The notes under the pieces: model-generated
Seen by the model: the letters and a program-made list of their open reading frames with translations, nothing else
Databases searched by the model: none
What the model was told of the DNA's origin: nothing
NCBI GenBank assembly: GCA_965215185.1
Contig: OZ244034.1
Coordinates: forward strand, 1,920,001 to 1,984,000
Length of the DNA stretch: 64,000 nucleotides
Reading direction: 5' to 3'
DNA from: Acidimicrobiia bacterium
GTDB lineage: Bacteria; Actinomycetota; Acidimicrobiia; Spongiisociales; ZC4RG35
Position numbers and translations under genes: made by a program
Shown here: in pieces, positions 32,610 to 41,923 of the stretch
How the letters are laid out: the number at the start of each line of letters is the position of its first letter
How positions within the stretch are numbered: position 1 is the first letter of the stretch

Positions 32610-34085
32610 GGGACTTATATACTTGGGTTGACAGTGTTGTCATCTCGGGTGATACTGTTCTGCGGCGTGCGGTTGCCCGGTTTTCCCTGGGGAGAGCCTG
32701 GTCTTATGTCCGTATTTTGTATAGCGCGCCTGCATCGGGGAAAGATCCCGCCCGACCCGGGCGTTCTTCCGAACGCTCGGACGCTGATATTGACGGCTGC
32801 GTTGCAGTCCCTGCACATAGTGACGCCACACCCTCCGCATTCGTACTTGCGTTTGCTGAGAGGCATTTTCTGGCGGTGCCCGCACTGCGAACAGTCCGTG
32901 GTAGTGTAGGCAGGGTCCACCTCTACATACCGGATACCAGCCTTCCCAGCTGTGTGTTCCAGTATCGGATCGAGAGATGACAGCCTTTGGTCGTGTAGTT
33001 TTTTGCCCCAACGCCGCGAGCGTGACCACCCCATTAGGTTGGAGTGTTCTATGGCTATACCGTCAAATGTGGTCACCAGGTAGTGGCAGAGACGGAAGTC
33101 GGCCTGGCGGGCCCGCTCGGTCTCTCTTCTCCACGCTCGGGTGAACACCTGCTGCTTTTTCTTCCTGGTGTTGGAATAAGGCAGTCTCCTTCCTGCCTGT
33201 TTCTCTTTCTGTTTGTGCGCTTCTACAGATCTGCTCAGTGCCCGTTGCTTCCTGGTGATGTTCTCGCGGTCAGGAGCCCGAGCCGGGACGTGCGTTCCGT
33301 CCGAGAAGATCAGACGGTCCGCGATGCCCTTGTCTATACCCACCGGGTTGGTGACCGGCCGCTCGGGCAGTTCCCGCTCGGGATGTTTCAACACCACATG
33401 AAGTTCCACCCGGAGAGGCGTTCTCACTACTCGGAGTTCCTTCACAGAAGCGCCCATACCCAAAGCAGCAGCGATGCGGTTGCCCTTGTCGCGGAAACGC
33501 ACCCTCGGCACTCCCTTCGCAGACAACCTCCACCACCTGGCGGACTGGTTCTTCGGCGTGCCCGGCGCCTGAAGCATGGAAGGCGAAGGGTCGGGCATCT
33601 CGATACTGCGCCACCGACGGGAGGGCTTGAAACGAGGAAAGCCCGGGTTCTTTCCTTCCTTACAGCGCTCATAGAAGGATGCGATGGCGCGGTCGAAACG
33701 AACCAGGACACCTCGTCCTACCTTCACGGAGAGACGCTCCCATTCGGGATGATCCGCTCGAACAGCGGTGAACATCATCATACGGTCATACAGAGACAGG
33801 TTCCAATCGGACGGGAACTTCTCCACTTCGGGATTGTGGTGCTCTTTCCACCACAGGTAGGTGCCTCTCCAGGACTCCAAGTTAGCGTTGTACAACTCGG
33901 CGCACATACGAAAGATCTGGTCAAGGCGACGATGACCAGAAGGGGACAACTTAGCGGACACCCGCACCGTCTCAAACCAAGGATTCATGCGCTCACCAGA
34001 ATATATGAGGGGGTGTGACAATACTCGGGCAGACGTGCATGCACAAACCTCAAAACATGCCTGTCAACCCAAATATATAAATCCC
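32610..34085 (-). mobile_element. Non-autonomous TIR-bounded element carrying only tnpB
   Basis: GGGACTTATATACTTGGGTTGACAG (32610-32634) and CTGTCAACCCAAATATATAAATCCC (34061-34085) are 23/25 inverted matches. Confidence 0.8.
32615..33988 (-). CDS. tnpB: RNA-guided endonuclease TnpB
   Basis: LYN, GFPRFK, RuvC-I GIDKG, RuvC-II IAIE, CSQC/CGGC zinc finger, RuvC-III RDCNAAVNI. Confidence 0.93.
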   Translation of the reverse strand: MNPWFETVRVSAKLSPSGHRRLDQIFRMCAELYNANLESWRGTYLWWKEHHNPEVEKFPSDWNLSLYDRMMMFTAVRADHPEWERLSVKVGRGVLVRFDRAIASFYERCKEGKNPGFPRFKPSRRWRSIEMPDPSPSMLQAPGTPKNQSARWWRLSAKGVPRVRFRDKGNRIAAALGMGASVKELRVVRTPLRVELHVVLKHPERELPERPVTNPVGIDKGIADRLIFSDGTHVPARAPDRENITRKQRALSRSVEAHKQKEKQAGRRLPYSNTRKKKQQVFTRAWRRETERARQADFRLCHYLVTTFDGIAIEHSNLMGWSRSRRWGKKLHDQRLSSLDPILEHTAGKAGIRYVEVDPAYTTTDCSQCGHRQKMPLSKRKYECGGCGVTMCRDCNAAVNISVRAFGRTPGSGGIFPRCRRAIQNTDIRPGSPQGKPGNRTPQNSITRDDNTVNPSI

Positions 34086-34949
34086 ATTTCATACACAAAG
34101 GTAGCGGCATCTTTTGAATCAGTGTTTTTGAGGGAAGGGATCATGTTGAAGTGGGAACCGCCCGGGCCGGATGTGCGTTGGTCTGACGTTCTATCCGCAG
34201 AGCAAGCCAGAAGAAACGCCAGCAAGCGGACACTTCGGGTGGCGCTTTTCGCCCTGGAGATGCTCCTGGGGCAAACCCGCCCTCATTGTCATTAAAAAGA
34301 GCCGCTTGGGCTGCAGCAAAACGACCGTGAGTTGTTCTGGGGTAGTTGGGAAGACCGAATGTCGTCGGCGAATGCCTATTCGCACCTACTGATGGACATG
34401 ACGTTCGAGTTGGTGTGCTACGCCACCGCAACTCCCCGCAGGAGGAGGATGAACCTGTTGAGCACTCTCCACAAATATCCGCCGTCCACCAGGTCCGTCT
34501 TGGACCGGCAGTTGAGCACGGTAGACATGGAGTGGTTGCGGAACTGGCGAAGAATCGGCCAATGGGGCCCGGAGAACCCACGGGAGCCAGGCGAGTTCAA
34601 GGACTGTGGTGTGGTGTGGGCCGCGGGCCGCAAATACACCCTGATGTCGGGCACACCCTTTGATCAGGGCACGGCTACCTATGTTCGTCTCGTAACGGAT
34701 GTCTTCCATGACGCCCTCCGCCATGCAGCCGAAACGGACCGCCCTACCTACGGGCCACTGCATGTCCTCATCGGGAAAATCAACGAAGAACTGGCGCAAT
34801 TGTGGGGCGCTACCAAAGATCGACACTGGGTGTATGCGGGCGGAACACCTCCCAAAGAATGGCCGCGTCCTTGGGAAGGTGTCAAGTGGAACCCAGAGAA
34901 CGCTTGTCTATCTTTTTGTGAGGTTACGCCCGTTCTTCGGAGCGGGTAA
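34086..34949 (+). pseudogene. 5'-truncated MNT-HEPN-like fusion paralog with an internal stop
   Basis: ISYTKVAASFESVFLREGIMLKW aligns with VSYIKVPTTIEANTLREGRMLKW of 45938-47014; in-frame TAA at 34293. Confidence 0.8.
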
Positions 34950-34954
34950 AAAGA

Positions 34955-35055
34955 CCTCGGAGGGAGGGAAAGTCACGATGCCGCTGAACGATATGTTCTG
35001 GGGTGCGTACTTCGGCGCTTGCACGGACAAGTACGGCATTAACTGGATGTTCAAC
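34955..35055 (+). pseudogene. PhnB/VOC C-terminal fragment
   Basis: [32 protein letters not shown]. Confidence 0.7.
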
Positions 35056-35216
35056 TACGCAGCGTTTATAGCTACTCGATTCCTTCCAGAGAATCCCCCA
35101 CGTAACCCTCGCACAGAAACGGAGCTACGACCGTGGCAACAGCGTCGAGAAGTCCAACTCGATGATCGTCAGACGGCGAGCATATGTCGCCGGATGACGA
35201 GAACGGCGGTGCGGGC

Positions 35217-35420
35217 TCAACGCCACAGCCACGTATTTGGCGAGGTGCTGTCCGGTGAGGGTCGAACGGGCGGTGACAAGGTCGGTGGGTGTGCCCTCGA
35301 ACACGACCCGGCCTCCATCATGGCTGGCTCATCGAGTACGTAGATCCCCCCTTCTCCGCCATGTGGATTGCCAGCTTCAGCCGCTGTCGTTCGCCACCGG
35401 AGAGCATCGTAAGCGGTTGG
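35217..35420 (-). pseudogene. UvrA2/DrrC-like ABC ATPase C-terminal remnant
   Basis: LSGGERQRLKLA..YVLDEP and [20 protein letters not shown], with an internal deletion. Confidence 0.75.
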
Positions 35421-35726
35421 CCGACGGTGAGGGTGGCCGGGGCAAAGCTGTTGTGCAGTCACACCACGCCGGGAACCGAGCGTTATGTCGGGAGGTCGAC
35501 GATCTGAGGTTTCTCGACCCAAAAGACCCACCCCAACGGTAACCCGGCGAACTTGGGACTTCGGGTCGCTCACTGGCACGCTTTGCTTCACGCCGCGCTG
35601 CGTATGGGGCTCAGGTGGATTCCCGCTTGGAACCCGCGCTGTCGAAGAGCGATTGGCGGGCGCAGGTTGCTAGGATGGGGGCAATGATAGTTCGCAGATC
35701 CATAGTGGCGCGCCTCGCCGGGAAGG

Positions 35727-37697
35727 TTGGCTAGGGCGGGGAAACACCACAGCACGCAACCCTCGGGGTGGAAGGATTTGCGGAACGCTGTTGAATGGCC
35801 TGGTACCGTGCGAGTGTTCCACGCTGTTGATCAGAGAGGTGTCTGCGGCCAATCGGGTAGCGACTCGGAAACATGGTACGTGCTGGTCGTGGTTGACAGC
35901 ATCAGCGCCGCCGACAAACAACTAGGGTTGTCGGACCATGAGGACCATGTGTGGGGAACAGACGGATGGCTCTCGCGGGCCGCTTCCGAACGAACCGGCC
36001 TGGACATCCGAGTGAGGGTGGTCGACTGGGACCGGTGGCGGTCCCTGCGCCGGGTGGCTGGGACTTTCGAGCACGAATTCTTCTCGCACGGCCGGTGGTT
36101 GGTCAAGCCGTCCCGGAGGCGGCATCGCATAGCCGCCGAGGGGAAGGGGCAGGCGGAGGCAACCTGTCGGTATTGCGTCGATTTAGGCCACGAGCGGTGG
36201 CCGTCCACCTTGGAACGCTCCCGCGATTTCGCCGCGGTCAGAGTCCTCGAATCGGGCGGAGAAATGGTAGAAATGGCGTTGCAGGACATGAACGCCTCCG
36301 CCCATGCCCGCAGGGGTTTCGACCAGGAACACCTAAAAAGCATCCATGGACTACTATTCGACGCGTTGCGCTGTTTCCTCGCCGGGGGTCTCGTTTTGTG
36401 TTCCGTTCCATACCGCCCGACCAGCGAACCCACCATCGTGGAACTGTTCGATTTGTTGCCCGTCGGGTTCGACCGTGGGAGCATCACCAGGGAACACGTT
36501 GAGTTGTTTCACTCTTGGAAACGCATCCGCTGTAAGCCCACCAGGGAAACAATCCAGCAGCTGGGGTGCGTCACCGCCGAGATGATGGGGTTGATCGCCC
36601 AACAGATCAGGAAAAACAAAAACCGAGGACAGGGGATGTTCGATCGGACATTGGGATACTTTTCGGGGGAGAGGGAGCGGTTGCGGCGCACATTAGCGTT
36701 GCCCCGATGGTCCGACCCGCAGTGGTTCTCCCTCCGAACGGACCTGGGGACCGTGCGACGAGCCGCCGAGCAGCTACTCCCCGCCGGGACTATCGAATAC
36801 ACCCCCGAAGGAAAGTCTGCGCCCACGTTGGCTGTCGTAGGCGGCGACACACCCCGGAATCGTGGACGCTCCGAGGGAGAGCGCTTCATGGACATCATCG
36901 AGGATGCCATTGGACTGGTAATTCCCGTGCGAATAACAGACGCCCAAACGTGGGCGAACAACGCGACCCATCCGCTGGCGTGGGAATACCACGCCGCCAA
37001 GACAGGAACATGGATCACCTCACCGACTGTCCGCGTCCAGCCGCTCCCCTACGAACAGGTGTGCGTAGAAAGAACCGTCCGAGCGTTGAAGAAGGTGAGT
37101 TCGCAGGTGAGTTGGGCCTCCTATGGCCACACTCCACGGCCTGGGGAGACCGACAGCGTGATACGCAACAAACGGGTAGAATATTGGGAGCAGCTTGTCG
37201 AACGGCTCCGCCATCACCAAAAGGTCATAGCCCTTCTACGGGTGGAGATAGATAGAACGCGGGCGGAGATGAACGAAACGCCGGGCTACCAGCCGACCAA
37301 ACCCCCGAAAGTTGACGCGTATTCCCCTCCCCCTGGTGGGGAAGGCACCGAGCCGCCCTTGGTGGCCAACGTCAGGAAAACCACTACCGGGGCGCTTCTC
37401 TCCTGCGAATCCCTCGTTAGAGAAATCGCTGAATACGCTCAGCAAACAGGCACGACCACAGAACGGTTCGGCCGGCCGCTGGAAGCGATCCGAGAGTCCA
37501 TCCAATGCATCGCCGATAGCCTCGGCGATCTCCGATGGGTATACCCCGACGGAACCCCACCCCGCGGGTGGGACCCGTATCATCTGAACCGCCAAGAGGT
37601 CCGGTCCGAACACTCGGACATACCCCAATCCCGCCATTACCAAAATGCGGACATGGCCCAGTCCGAGGGTCAGCCCACCCCGAGACCCTTGACCTGA
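35727..37697 (+). CDS. Tandem degenerate MNT-HEPN-like protein
   Basis: VVDWDRW..GTFEHE..GRW linker appears twice in diverged form; ends WVYPDGTPPRGW; GS..DxD motif lost. Confidence 0.65.
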   Translation: MARAGKHHSTQPSGWKDLRNAVEWPGTVRVFHAVDQRGVCGQSGSDSETWYVLVVVDSISAADKQLGLSDHEDHVWGTDGWLSRAASERTGLDIRVRVVDWDRWRSLRRVAGTFEHEFFSHGRWLVKPSRRRHRIAAEGKGQAEATCRYCVDLGHERWPSTLERSRDFAAVRVLESGGEMVEMALQDMNASAHARRGFDQEHLKSIHGLLFDALRCFLAGGLVLCSVPYRPTSEPTIVELFDLLPVGFDRGSITREHVELFHSWKRIRCKPTRETIQQLGCVTAEMMGLIAQQIRKNKNRGQGMFDRTLGYFSGERERLRRTLALPRWSDPQWFSLRTDLGTVRRAAEQLLPAGTIEYTPEGKSAPTLAVVGGDTPRNRGRSEGERFMDIIEDAIGLVIPVRITDAQTWANNATHPLAWEYHAAKTGTWITSPTVRVQPLPYEQVCVERTVRALKKVSSQVSWASYGHTPRPGETDSVIRNKRVEYWEQLVERLRHHQKVIALLRVEIDRTRAEMNETPGYQPTKPPKVDAYSPPPGGEGTEPPLVANVRKTTTGALLSCESLVREIAEYAQQTGTTTERFGRPLEAIRESIQCIADSLGDLRWVYPDGTPPRGWDPYHLNRQEVRSEHSDIPQSRHYQNADMAQSEGQPTPRPLT

Positions 37698-38084
37698 GCG
37701 CCGCCCCGACCAACACACCCGTTAATTGCCGTCCACGCCCTATGTGTCAGATTCGGGAACCTTACCTGCGCTTTGGCAGCTTTCTTGAGAGGGAATCCAC
37801 ATTTCGAATTAGGCGGAGGTCATCGCCCTTTGAGAGGATACAGAAGAAGGCTTCAACAATGTCCAAAGCCGGCCTGGTATGCCCGCGACCTGGGGAGCTG
37901 TTTCCAGTCACGATCCTTCAGGCTCGGCGGTGCGTTGGCGATCGGCGCTGGGGGTCATGGTGGGAGCTCCCACAGGCCGCCAGGCTAGATACCACCAGGT
38001 TCGGCCTGTTCGCGTTTGTGCTCGACCCACGGCGAAACAGCGAGAGGCCCGAGGACCAGAATCCCGTCGACCACCACTAATAAA

Positions 38085-38200
38085 GGGGGTTTATATCTCT
38101 AAGTTGACAGGGTGTCTAGGCGATACTGTTCTGCGAACCACGATTGTAAGAATACTCCAAATACACAAATCGCTCCGTCCACTTAGATATATAAACCCCC
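38085..38200 (-). mobile_element. 116-bp MITE related to the tnpB element
   Basis: TIRs GGGGGTTTATATCTCTAAG / CTTAGATATATAAACCCCC; shares GTTGACAG and GATACTGTTCTGCG with the tnpB 3' end. Confidence 0.8.
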
Positions 38201-38645
38201 ATGATGACATGGGGGTGTTTACCTGGTAGCCCTTAGAAGGTCGTGAGGCACATGGAACACGAACCCGATAATTGCAACTTGCGGAGCAGTTCGCACAATT
38301 GGGTGGAACTCAGCAACCCTGACCGTGAGGGTGTGGCTTGTTTCAACAACACCGGGCAGCGGGTGGGGGCTGTGGAAAAACGCAGCGACTCCGTGTTCGC
38401 GATCACGGTGCGGTTTGTTTGGCGAGCGTGGGATTTTCGGGGCACCCGAAGTGCTCGCCGAGGCTATGCGTTGGGTAGAGGAAATGGAACACGCTGTCCC
38501 AGACGAGTTCACCGAGTTCTGGAGAGAAGCGTTTTACAGATATGCCGAGATTCGTGGCGACATGCTAGACCCTGATGACGGCATGACTGGGTTGCTGATC
38601 TCAATGCTTAGAAGGGGAGACGCGAACGGCGTGGTCGCTGCCGAC

Positions 38646-38667
38646 GGGACTTAGGTATATAAGTCCC
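38646..38667. repeat. Palindromic solo TIR-like footprint
   Basis: GGGACTTAGGTATATAAGTCCC; its last 13 nt are identical to the tnpB element end. Confidence 0.6.
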
Positions 38668-38753
38668 AAAGGAATAGTCAACCAGTAGGCCGGTCGCTTT
38701 CCAGCGTCGAATAGGCTCGGGGATGGATACGGCGCAGATAATGCTCAGATAGG

Positions 38754-38993
38754 ATGAACCAGAGGGAACAGGTGGAGGCACGTGTCCGGAAAGCGTGGCA
38801 GACGTACCAGAGAGTGCATAGTGAAGCGACGAACAATATCCGGGAAGCCTCTCGAGCAGCGACCGACGAAATCGTAGCCGCCCACGAGGCAGGAATCAGT
38901 GTCGAGCGTCTCGCCGAAGTGCTCCAACGACCCGTTAGCGTAATCAGTCACCGGATCCGCCACGCCGAAGACAACTTAACGAGTGGAGGTTAG
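38754..38993 (+). CDS. Small HTH-like protein
   Basis: IVAAHEAGISVERLAEVLQRPVSVI. Confidence 0.55.
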   Translation: MNQREQVEARVRKAWQTYQRVHSEATNNIREASRAATDEIVAAHEAGISVERLAEVLQRPVSVISHRIRHAEDNLTSGG

Positions 38994-38999
38994 GGCAAG

Positions 39000-39233
39000 G
39001 TGTTGGATTGGAATACAGTCCCGTCGTTGGAAGCAACAGAGGGAAAGGTCAGCGGCGCGTGGGTGTTCAAAGGAACCCGGGTGCCAGTACGCGCTCTCTT
39101 CGAGAATGTGGGCGACGATTACATCGCCGAGTTCTGCCGTCATTTCCCTGGCGTGACCGAGCATCAAGTCAGGACAGTGCTTGACTGCATATCGCAGCAT
39201 CTCATAGAGGACATCGTCATCGAGGGACATTGA
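39000..39233 (+). CDS. DUF433 antitoxin-like protein
   Basis: GKVSGAWVFKGTRVPV..LFEN..FPGVT. Confidence 0.8.
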   Translation: MLDWNTVPSLEATEGKVSGAWVFKGTRVPVRALFENVGDDYIAEFCRHFPGVTEHQVRTVLDCISQHLIEDIVIEGH

Positions 39234-39291
39234 ACAAAAGGCTGGCCCGCTGCGCCAACGGTCCTATATCCAGTTGAATATACTGGGGGCG

Positions 39292-39530
39292 ATGAATCCT
39301 GTTCGTTTGATACGTGCCGTGGCGGGCATGACCCAGCGAGAACTGGCCGACGCTGCTGAAACTTCTCAGCCCACAGTGGCGGCATACGAATCTGGTGCGA
39401 AAAGTCCCACTTGGCGCACCGTTGAGCGGATAGCGGATAGCGGATAGCGGATAGCGGATTCGGTCGGCCTCGCGGGTTATCCCACAATGGGAAGGGCGTT
39501 GACTCGCGAACAGGAGAGAAGTGACTACCG
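39292..39530 (+). pseudogene. XRE-HTH gene truncated by a heptamer repeat expansion
   Basis: GMTQRELADAAETSQPTVAAYESG..PTW; (AGCGGAT)5 introduces TAG at 39445. Confidence 0.75.
39425..39459. repeat. Tandem repeat (AGCGGAT)x5
   Basis: Read directly. Confidence 0.95.
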
Positions 39531-39585
39531 GACAGCCGAGAGTTACCTAGACATAGAATCGGGTTCCTTCCCCTCGTAATAGCGT

Positions 39586-40030
39586 TTGCATATCGGTCTC
39601 GCCTCCGCCTACGAACATGAGGCGTGGAGGTACTGCAGCCCCGAATACGATCCTCTGAAAGGAACGGGTGCCTACCGGAAAGGGGGACGATTCAATCCCC
39701 CTGGCATATTCACGCTTTATCTCTGCTCAACCAAAGCATGTGCTGACCCGAATACAGAAAGGAAGTGGCCAAGCGTGAGCGGGAGGCCAAAGAAGCCGGA
39801 TATCCGAAACTCATGCCTGTCCAGAATCTATACAAATACCGAGCAAGGTTGTATTCCGTGTTGGATTTGACCTCCCACCAAACACTGGAAGCGATCGGTG
39901 TATCTTGCCGTGATCTGACCACCAGCAATTGGAGGATATGCCAGGACATAGGCCAAGAGGCCTATGGAGAAAGATTTCAAGCGGTTCTCTCATGGTCCGC
40001 AACCGGGCAGGACAAAGTAATAGCGGTACC
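39586..40030 (+). pseudogene. RES-domain toxin, frameshifted and truncated
   Basis: GAYRKGGRFNPPG..LYL in one frame; VLDLT..CQDIG..SAT in another. Confidence 0.8.
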
Positions 40031-40130
40031 GGGCGAAACTAAAGAAGCGGGTTCTCCGTGTGGTAGCCTTATCAGATGGTGAGGCGATACACAACGCTTT
40101 CATAGACAGGCGTTTCAGGAAGGAAACCCA

Positions 40131-40979
40131 ATCAGACTCAGTTATCACCCAGATACTGACAGCCTCTACATAGAATTCCATCCTGGGCCGAGCGCCCACA
40201 CCGTGGAGATCGTTGATGGGGTCAATGTGGATTTTGACGCAACGGGCGGCATCGTCGGATTTGACATTGACCATGCGTCCAGGCATTTGGATGTCTCTAC
40301 ATTGGAAGCCGAGGCGCCGGGCATCTTGCAACGGGTTAGCGATAGGCGCCATCCGGAAGCGGTACACGTTGAAACAGGCAAAGATTTCCTCAGGGTGTTC
40401 TTGGCGGACGGCAGGGGCATTGCTGTGCCTTTGTCTTGGTATCCCCGGTTGTGCCACGGCACGGCAGAAGAAGCGAAAAAGTGGGAGTTGCGCGGCGAAG
40501 GTGAAAGCATTTTTTGGCCCGCCTTGGACGAACGAATGGGTGTTTCTGACCTCTTGAAGGAAACACCTTCTGGTTCCCACCCTTCGTCGCTGGGGTTCCA
40601 AAACGAAACGCATGTTTCGGATGAGAGTTACGCGCAAGCGGTACACGTTGAAACAGGCAAAGATTTCCTCAGGGTGTTTTTGACGGACGGCAGGGTGATT
40701 GCTGTGCCTTTGTCTTGGTATCCCCGGTTGTGCCACGGCACGGCAGAAGAAGCGAAACAGTGGACCATTCCCGGCCAAGGGAGAGGCATATCTTGGCCCG
40801 GCTTAGACGAAGACATCAGTGTTTGCGGTCTTTTGGATGGGTTTCCTTCTGGGGAGAGTGCCCGGTCGTATGGTCGGTGGTTGCAGGCACGGAAACAAAA
40901 CCGTGGTTTGATAGGTGCAGAAATAGAGGACCACGAATCGTCGGCGGAGTTCCGCAAGGGAACGTTCCACAACGATTAG
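40131..40979 (+). CDS. DUF2283 + two DUF2442 domain fusion (start codon apparently ATC)
   Basis: YHPDTDSLYI..VDFDATGGIVGFDI, then two DGRxIAVPLSWYPRL..WPxLDE units. Confidence 0.75.
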   Translation: MRLSYHPDTDSLYIEFHPGPSAHTVEIVDGVNVDFDATGGIVGFDIDHASRHLDVSTLEAEAPGILQRVSDRRHPEAVHVETGKDFLRVFLADGRGIAVPLSWYPRLCHGTAEEAKKWELRGEGESIFWPALDERMGVSDLLKETPSGSHPSSLGFQNETHVSDESYAQAVHVETGKDFLRVFLTDGRVIAVPLSWYPRLCHGTAEEAKQWTIPGQGRGISWPGLDEDISVCGLLDGFPSGESARSYGRWLQARKQNRGLIGAEIEDHESSAEFRKGTFHND

Positions 40980-41923
40980 TAGCGGCCCGGCGTTAACCCG
41001 ATTGGGTGGATCACCCGTCCTTGGCCGCGGGGAACTTTCCGATGGGTGGCCACCAACGGGCCTGGCGGAACGATTTGCCGTCGATATTCCACCATCCGGC
41101 CTCGGGTACGGGTTTGGCAAGACAACACCCAGGCGGCGCTTTCGCTGTCACACACCCGGCATATTATTTGAGAAGTGGCCTTCAAAATACACATGATTGC
41201 GCTCTTAGCTACTGGCACTCCCCGCCGGTCCCACCCAACCGGTGACAAGCAGTGTTTACCTGCCTCGCGAGACCGGCAACCCCGGCTATGTCCGAAGATA
41301 AGCTCGTGAACCGGGAAATCGGGCGGGCAGCTTTAGTGGTGGTGGACGTGCAAAACGACTTCGCTGACCCGCAAGGGTCCCTGTATGTCCAAGGAGCCGA
41401 GGGTGTGGTTGTAGAAGTGAACCGGTTAGTGGAAGATGCCATAGCCGCTGGCAACCCCGTGTTTTACACTCAGGACTGGCATCCGATAAACACTCCGCAC
41501 TTCGCCAAGTACGGGGGGATATGGCCCGTGCATTGCGTAGCCGGTTCTACCGGGGCAGAGTTCCACCCCGATTTGAAAGTCGAAGGAGTGTCCGTGAAAA
41601 AGGGCGTAGCGGGAGAAGACGGCTATTCGGGTTTCACCATGCGGGACCTGACGGATGGCAAAGACCACCCCACCGTTTTGGATTCCCTACTGCAACAAGA
41701 ACACGTCACCAAAGTAGTGGTAGTGGGACTAGCGTTGGATTATTGCGTCAAAGAAACAGCGTTGGACGCGGTGCGGTTGGGATATGACACGGAGGTGCTG
41801 CTCGGCGCCACCGCCGCGGTGAATCTATCCCCCCACGATGGGGTAGTGGGTCAGTTTGCTGGGTAAAGCCGCAGGTCAGAGAGTCAAACTGACCCACTAC
41901 CAAGCTGTGGAAGGAACTCCCCA

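Noticed and set aside
32615-33988. Cas12f or nuclease-dead TldR
   Set aside because: No CRISPR array is nearby and the RuvC D-E-D residues are present.
32602-34093. Target-site duplication around the tnpB element
   Set aside because: The flanks CAACTGAT and ATTTCATA differ. No duplication was found for the 38085 MITE either.
37700-38654. Short ORFs around the MITE
   Set aside because: No recognisable family; probably fragments.
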